From the IMG/VR virus record IMGVR_UViG_3300027754_000076: a stretch of DNA of 20,000 nt, one strand, 5' to 3'. The DNA comes from an uncultured virus (IMG/VR IMGVR_UViG_3300027754_000076). Lineage: Duplodnaviria > Heunggongvirae > Uroviricota > Caudoviricetes. The notes beneath the pieces are model-generated. The model had not been told where the DNA came from. It did no database searches and worked only from the letters and a program-made list of their open reading frames with translations. Shown piece after piece: positions 15,756-20,000 of this stretch; position 1 is the first letter of the stretch; each line of letters starts with the position of its first letter. The translations under genes were made by a program, and so were the position numbers.

Positions 15756-17552
15756 TCAGGGCCCGGTCTTCTCGGTTTCGCCGCGGTCCTGGCCGTAGTA
15801 GCCGAGGAGGCGGGCGTGGATGTTGGCCATGACTTCGCAGTCGAAGGCGTGGTTGGGGCCGACTTTGTGCCATTCGCTGACCCATTCCTCGGGGTTGCGC
15901 GGGTGGCGTTTGATGCGGAGGACTTCGCCGGCGCGTTGCTTGCGATACTCGGCGCCGGTGTTGCGGGCGGCGGTGTGCAGTGGGCGGCCCAGGGCGTCGT
16001 GGGCGTCGGTGATGGATTTCAACGAATCCTTGGCGGCGCGGCTGACAAAATTGTATTGCAAACAGACGGGCGCGGAGCGGCTTTGGCCGCCCATGAAGGC
16101 GTCAATGACGGAGAGTTCGGAGTAGATGCGGCGCAGGCCATCACGCCAGAGGATGGAGCGCTGGGCGGTGGCGGTTTCGCCGATGCCGTTGACGGCGATC
16201 CAGTGGCGAACGGCGCACATCTGGCGGACGCGTTCAGGGGCGTAGTTGCTATCGACGACGACGTTGCCGGCGCGGACGTTGAACCGGGCGCGGATGTCTT
16301 CGAGGTGGCCTTCGGAAATGCCGCGTTCGAAGTGTAGCAGGCGGCTGTGGCCGTAGGTGCCGGGGCGGTTGCTGAATTGCCGGATGACGACCCAGTAGTG
16401 ATCCTGCTGGACATCGACAGCCATCACGCGGAGCGGGGTGCCGTCTTCGGCATCGACGCCTTCGTCGGGCCATGGGTCGCCGAGTTGGTAGTCGCCCTCG
16501 GTGAGCGGCTTGGCGGCCTTGAGATGGCGGGTGGGTGACCACGCACGGACGCGGACCTTGCGGTCGAAATTCTCGGTGGGCACGTAGTCGCCGAGGTGGC
16601 GGGAGTTGCAGGCGTTGAGCCAGTTGCCGACGAGTTCCTCCCACGGGCGAAAGCAGGCGGCTTCGGCGTGCCAGGCGTGGATCTGCGGGTCGCCGCCGGG
16701 GTTGGTGGTGACGTAGCCGGCGCCGCGGGCGGGATCATTGAGCTGCCGCAGGGCGCCGGCGGAGTAGCGGGTGGGGGCTTCGCAGGCGGGACAGACCCAG
16801 CGGGTGGTGCCCTTGGCCACGCCCACCAGCCAGTGGCCGGTGTGGTCGCGGGTGAATTCGTCGGAGTCCCAGCGCAGGCCGCCCTTGCCTTCGGCCTCGC
16901 CGAATTCGAGCGGGACACGTTCGCGGCAGTGCAGACACACGACGCGCCATTCGCGGCGCGGGCTGGCTTTCCAAAGCTGATCGCAGGCATCGCCCTCAGT
17001 GGGGCCCGTCAACGTGAATAGGGTGCGCCTTTGCCAGCCGAAGCTGTCGGCGCGGTGGAGGATTTCGTCAATGGTGCCGGGGTCGTATTGCCACGCTTCG
17101 TCGAGGTAGAGATCGCAGGCGGTGCGACCGTTGCGATGGGCGAGGACATCGGCGGAGAGGAGGGACACGGGCGAATCGACGAAGCGGAAAATACGCTTGC
17201 CACCGCGGCGGTCTTCCTCCTTGGGAAACCGCGCCATGACGGCGGGGGTGGCTTCCATGAGGGGAAACAATTTTTCGTCGCTGAGGGCGTTGGCTTCTTC
17301 GCCGGTCTTGCAATACCAGAGGGAACGCACGGGCTCGACGGCGACGGTGCGGAGGAGGCGCAACTGCAGGAACAACGTCTTGAACACCTGCGGGGGAAAC
17401 AGGAGGAGAAACTTGGCGTTGCGCTCGCGATCTACGGTGGCGGCGATCTCGGTGAGCCACGGGTAATCGGCGGGCACGAAGGGCACGCCGTCGAGGGTCA
17501 CATGGCGGGCGGCCCAAGCGAGGGTGCCGATAAAGGAGGGGGCGCGGGACAT
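15756..17552 (-). CDS. terL: Terminase large subunit, lambda GpA family (598 aa)
   Basis: Deviant Walker A PPQVFKT, Walker B LYLDEAW, CLHC/CPAC pair, nuclease VMAVDVQ and NHAFDCEV. Confidence 0.92.
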   Translation of the reverse strand: MSRAPSFIGTLAWAARHVTLDGVPFVPADYPWLTEIAATVDRERNAKFLLLFPPQVFKTLFLQLRLLRTVAVEPVRSLWYCKTGEEANALSDEKLFPLMEATPAVMARFPKEEDRRGGKRIFRFVDSPVSLLSADVLAHRNGRTACDLYLDEAWQYDPGTIDEILHRADSFGWQRRTLFTLTGPTEGDACDQLWKASPRREWRVVCLHCRERVPLEFGEAEGKGGLRWDSDEFTRDHTGHWLVGVAKGTTRWVCPACEAPTRYSAGALRQLNDPARGAGYVTTNPGGDPQIHAWHAEAACFRPWEELVGNWLNACNSRHLGDYVPTENFDRKVRVRAWSPTRHLKAAKPLTEGDYQLGDPWPDEGVDAEDGTPLRVMAVDVQQDHYWVVIRQFSNRPGTYGHSRLLHFERGISEGHLEDIRARFNVRAGNVVVDSNYAPERVRQMCAVRHWIAVNGIGETATAQRSILWRDGLRRIYSELSVIDAFMGGQSRSAPVCLQYNFVSRAAKDSLKSITDAHDALGRPLHTAARNTGAEYRKQRAGEVLRIKRHPRNPEEWVSEWHKVGPNHAFDCEVMANIHARLLGYYGQDRGETEKTGP

Positions 17553-17618
17553 CAGGGGGCGAGGTAGTAGTTGTTAATCACGGCGAGGCGGCGGGAGGCA
17601 TCACGGACACTGCGGAAC

Positions 17619-17831
17619 TCAACCCAGGCGACTTCTTGCATTTGGGCTTTTCACCCACAGCACGCACAGGGAGTCCCCACTTGGCGCGTCTATTCCGCTT
17701 AGATTGAGTCGCATACAGTATGCAGTATCCTTCCTGCGTTTCCCTATCCAGTGTTTGCAGTTGAAGCAGCACGCCGACCCACGCGCTGCACCTAACCCGG
17801 CCATGCCGCTCTCGTTGCAATCGGTAGTCAT
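17619..17831 (-). CDS. Cassette-like small Cys-rich protein (70 aa, MTTDCNES...CFNCKHW...)
   Basis: ATG at 17831 inside the attC-like loop, ATGA-coupled with the upstream stop; CxxCxxW...C...C. The alternative frame 17578..17820 cannot be excluded. Confidence 0.55.
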   Translation of the reverse strand: MTTDCNESGMAGLGAARGSACCFNCKHWIGKRRKDTAYCMRLNLSGIDAPSGDSLCVLWVKSPNARSRLG

Positions 17832-17864
17832 AGTGGGCCGGGTAGGTGAGCTTGGGCGTTCGGC
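17773..17864 (+). other. Integron attC-like site (complete, 92 bp)
   Basis: gccgacc ... gttcggc outer boxes; inner arms GCTgCACCTAaCCCGGCC / GGCCGGGTAGGTGAGC pair with two extrahelical bases; unpaired spacer between outer and inner boxes. Confidence 0.7.
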
Positions 17865-18073
17865 GGCTCCAGCAGTCCGGCAGCGCCGAGCGCGTTCATC
17901 ATCACCCACCACGAGCGGCTACATTCCGCTTCCCAGCACTCTTGGCAGATGTCGTGGCCTGCCTCGCCCGGCCATGTCATCTCCCCGATCGTGTCTCGGT
18001 TGCAGGCGTGGCAAGCCGACGAACCACGCGCTGCACCTAACCCGGCCATGCCGCTCTCGTTGCAATCGGTAGT
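17779..18073. repeat. 50-bp exact direct repeat (17779-17828 and 18024-18073)
   Basis: ccacgcgctgcacctaacccggccatgccgctctcgttgcaatcggtagt twice, period 245 bp. Confidence 0.95.
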
Positions 18074-18343
18074 TTTCATTGGCCGGCCGTTCGGCGACTC
18101 GCCAAGCACGCATTCGATGGCTTCGCGGGCCGCTTTAGGCCTGCCCACTTTCCAGTCTGTCCGCTCACCGAGGATTCCGATGATACAGAAGCGTTGCTTG
18201 TCCCACTTCGTGACCCAGCTATTGCCGAGCACCCATTTACTGACTCCATTGCGGGAGTCTCTGTGGTATTTCCACCAATGACGCCGAACGTCCGCAGGCA
18301 GCGAATGGCCTTTCTTCGTGTTGGCGGGGCGCAGTTTTTTCAT
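17828..18343 (-). CDS. Hypothetical protein (171 aa); apparent in-frame fusion of two cassette-like ORFs (internal ATG at 18079)
   Basis: Trp/Lys-rich N half; the C half starts MKTTDCNESGMAGLGAARGS (shared with the next ORF) and has CxxC...CxxC. Confidence 0.6.
   Translation of the reverse strand: MKKLRPANTKKGHSLPADVRRHWWKYHRDSRNGVSKWVLGNSWVTKWDKQRFCIIGILGERTDWKVGRPKAAREAIECVLGESPNGRPMKTTDCNESGMAGLGAARGSSACHACNRDTIGEMTWPGEAGHDICQECWEAECSRSWWVMMNALGAAGLLEPPNAQAHLPGPL
18018..18095 (+). other. attC-like site with deleted right inner arm (78 bp)
   Basis: gacgaac ... gttcggc; left arm identical to the first site, right arm lacks gtaggtgagcttggg (net -14 bp). Confidence 0.6.
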
Positions 18344-18349
18344 AGAGAG

Positions 18350-18982
18350 TTACAGCGCCGGAATGGCCGACGCGGCAGGGCAGCCGCAGGGCATGCAGGG
18401 GCCAGGCTCGATCAGCAGGAGATCGAGCTGCGCCTGCTCGCGGCGGAGCAGCTCATGCCATTTGCAGAGGGGCGGCGCGCCGGCGGGTGAAGCGCGCCGC
18501 ATCCGCGCCCGCGCTTGCAGGGGATTCAGGCTGGGGTGCAGCACCACGGCCCGGAAGTCTTCGACGGTGCGTTGCACCAAGGATTTGCTGACGGAGAACA
18601 CGGTGGCGATGCGGTCCATGGGCATGGCGTTGCGCATGTGGGGGGTGAGTTCATAGATTACAATGGCCGCGCGAAGGCCCAAGCGCCGGGCCGCAATCTG
18701 CCCTTCTGTCTCGCGGAGGCGGCTGGCGGCAGATCCGGTGGCCCGCGTTTTGAAATCGCGTCCTGAAGCAATCCAGCCCACGGCGCGCTCGGTCAGGGCG
18801 AACTCATCGCCGCTATGCCGGCGGCGGGACCATTCGGCCACGGCTTGCGCCTGGGCGGCCGTCAGCGGCACGCGGAACCCGGCGAAGTCTTCGCGGATCT
18901 CGTCGAGCGGATCTTCGACGGCAGCCCAGTCGAAGTCGGCGGCTTCGTCGAGGCCGGGGGTGTTTTGAGGATTGCTTAACAC
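18350..18982 (-). CDS. Putative HTH DNA-binding protein (210 aa, GTG start)
   Basis: MPMDRIATVFSVSKSLVQRTVEDFR fits an HTH pattern; acidic N-terminus. Confidence 0.55.
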   Translation of the reverse strand: MLSNPQNTPGLDEAADFDWAAVEDPLDEIREDFAGFRVPLTAAQAQAVAEWSRRRHSGDEFALTERAVGWIASGRDFKTRATGSAASRLRETEGQIAARRLGLRAAIVIYELTPHMRNAMPMDRIATVFSVSKSLVQRTVEDFRAVVLHPSLNPLQARARMRRASPAGAPPLCKWHELLRREQAQLDLLLIEPGPCMPCGCPAASAIPAL

Positions 18983-19066
18983 AGGATTCTTCTTTCGTCG
19001 CCTACCTCACCACCGCAGCGCGGTGGAAAAATTTCCTGCGGTCCCTAGAGGGTGCGTCGCAAAAAG

Positions 19067-19163
19067 CTGGGAAGGCTGGGAAGGGGAAAGGGAAAGACCA
19101 GCTTCGCACATACACGCGTCATGTATGCGTGTAGATTTGTTTTGCCCTTCCCAGCCTTCCCAG
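19067..19163. repeat. 19-bp perfect inverted repeat of tandem CTGGGAAGG 9-mers with an inner palindrome
   Basis: ctgggaaggctgggaaggg (19067-19085) / cccttcccagccttcccag (19145-19163); inner tacacgc-N9-gcgtgta (19111-19133). Confidence 0.9.
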
Positions 19164-19209
19164 AAATCACCTTTACCCGTTTGCATTAGAGAAATAATAG
19201 TCATTTGCC

Positions 19210-19986
19210 TTAGTTCTTCTCAGAGACTGTCAATGGGGAGTAGTCGCCGGGGTTGACGTGGTCGGCGGCGGCGGTGCGGAGTTCGGTCAGAAACCAGTCG
19301 GGCAGGCCGCAGCCGGCGGCGAGGTTTTCGACGCGGGCGAAGGGATCGAGCAGGCCGGCGATGAGGAGGGCGGGCTCGAGGACGTCGGCAGCCTGCGCCT
19401 CGGTGGTGAGCTCCAACAGCTCGGGGGCCAGGGTGTCGCGCAGCCGGCTCAAGGCCACGCACGCCCGGGCGAACCAGGCGCGCACCAGCCGGGCGACCGC
19501 GGCGCGGGCGAGGAGATCGCCGGATTCGATGCCGAGCTGGGCCATCTGCTTGCGGGCGGCGCCGATGTTGGTGGAGAACTTGGCGGCCAGGGCGGATTCG
19601 CGGGTGAGGGTTAGGTTGTCGGGGGTGGGGCCGTTGGCCTGGGCGATCCGGCGGATGCAACCGCGCAGGAGGTCTTCTTGCTGGGCAACGAATTCACGGA
19701 GGCTGCGATCGCCGGGCTCGGCGTCGTCGGCCGAGGCCGGCAAAACCGAGGGCGGCGTCTGGGCGGCGAGGATCTTGTTGGAGCGCTCGCGGACGTGATC
19801 AAGGCAGCGGCCGGCGTGCAGGAGGCGATCCGCCAGCGCGGCATCGTCCGCGCAGACCACGGGGCCGAACCGGGCCACCCACCGCTGCGCCGTGCGCAGA
19901 TGGACCGACCAATCGGAGGCCAACCGACTGGCGGGGGCCGGCGACATGACAGCCGCGGGGATTTGGTTTTGTGCGATATTGCTCAT
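19210..19986 (-). CDS. Putative terminase small subunit, Nu1-like (258 aa)
   Basis: N-terminal HTH-like SRLASDWSVHLRTAQRW; GDLLARAAVARL...LSRLRDTLAPEL resembles the Nu1-type C-terminal helices; TAAGGA 6 nt before the ATG. Confidence 0.5.
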   Translation of the reverse strand: MSNIAQNQIPAAVMSPAPASRLASDWSVHLRTAQRWVARFGPVVCADDAALADRLLHAGRCLDHVRERSNKILAAQTPPSVLPASADDAEPGDRSLREFVAQQEDLLRGCIRRIAQANGPTPDNLTLTRESALAAKFSTNIGAARKQMAQLGIESGDLLARAAVARLVRAWFARACVALSRLRDTLAPELLELTTEAQAADVLEPALLIAGLLDPFARVENLAAGCGLPDWFLTELRTAAADHVNPGDYSPLTVSEKN

Positions 19987-20000
19987 TGAGATTCCTTACC

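Larger units (their letters stand above)
1..20000 (-). mobile_element. Tailed phage/prophage DNA packaging, head and virion-protein region (boundaries lie outside the window)
   Basis: Co-oriented terminase, portal, S49 protease, capsid, head-tail and tailspike-like genes. No host housekeeping operon, integrase or att site visible. Confidence 0.95.

Noticed and set aside
17779..18073. 50-bp direct repeat as a CRISPR array or DGR TR/VR pair
   Set aside because: Only two copies with 195 bp between them, no cas or reverse transcriptase gene, and the copies are identical (no adenine-specific mismatches).
19007..19256. Short ORFs on both strands across the inverted repeat
   Set aside because: Their WEGWEG/SQPSQ content merely reflects the DNA repeat; one overlaps the 258-aa gene.
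19987..20000. GGTAAGGAATCTC at the window edge as a possible cos/packaging signal
   Set aside because: Truncated by the window and adequately explained as a Shine-Dalgarno (TAAGGA) for ATG 19986.

Overview
GC-rich tailed-phage or prophage morphogenesis region, with all credible genes on the minus strand. Order in transcription direction (right to left): putative Nu1-like small terminase, inverted-repeat element, HTH protein, mini-array of short ORFs with integron attC-like hairpins, lambda GpA-type large terminase, gpW-like protein, lambda-type portal, an inserted block (metallophosphoesterase, small ORFs, SSB, dNMP-kinase-like), S49 head protease, probable scaffold, major capsid, terminator, head-tail/neck proteins, a 1296-aa virion protein, a small Cys-rich ORF and a beta-helix tailspike-like gene that runs off the left edge (missed by the ORF track). 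A Verrucomicrobia-like host is my inference from the SSB sequence and TN-rich proteins. Non-coding highlights: (1) attC-like sites oriented antisense to the ORFs, supplying their start and stop codons, one with a 14-bp deletion that fuses two units; (2) six copies of a CCCTATAC box, four with TTAAG 14-15 nt downstream, upstream of gene starts; (3) heptamer tandem arrays in most intergenic gaps, forming hairpins next to that box; (4) a 19-bp perfect inverted repeat made of 9-mer iteron-like units. All family assignments come from motif recognition by eye, not database searches.
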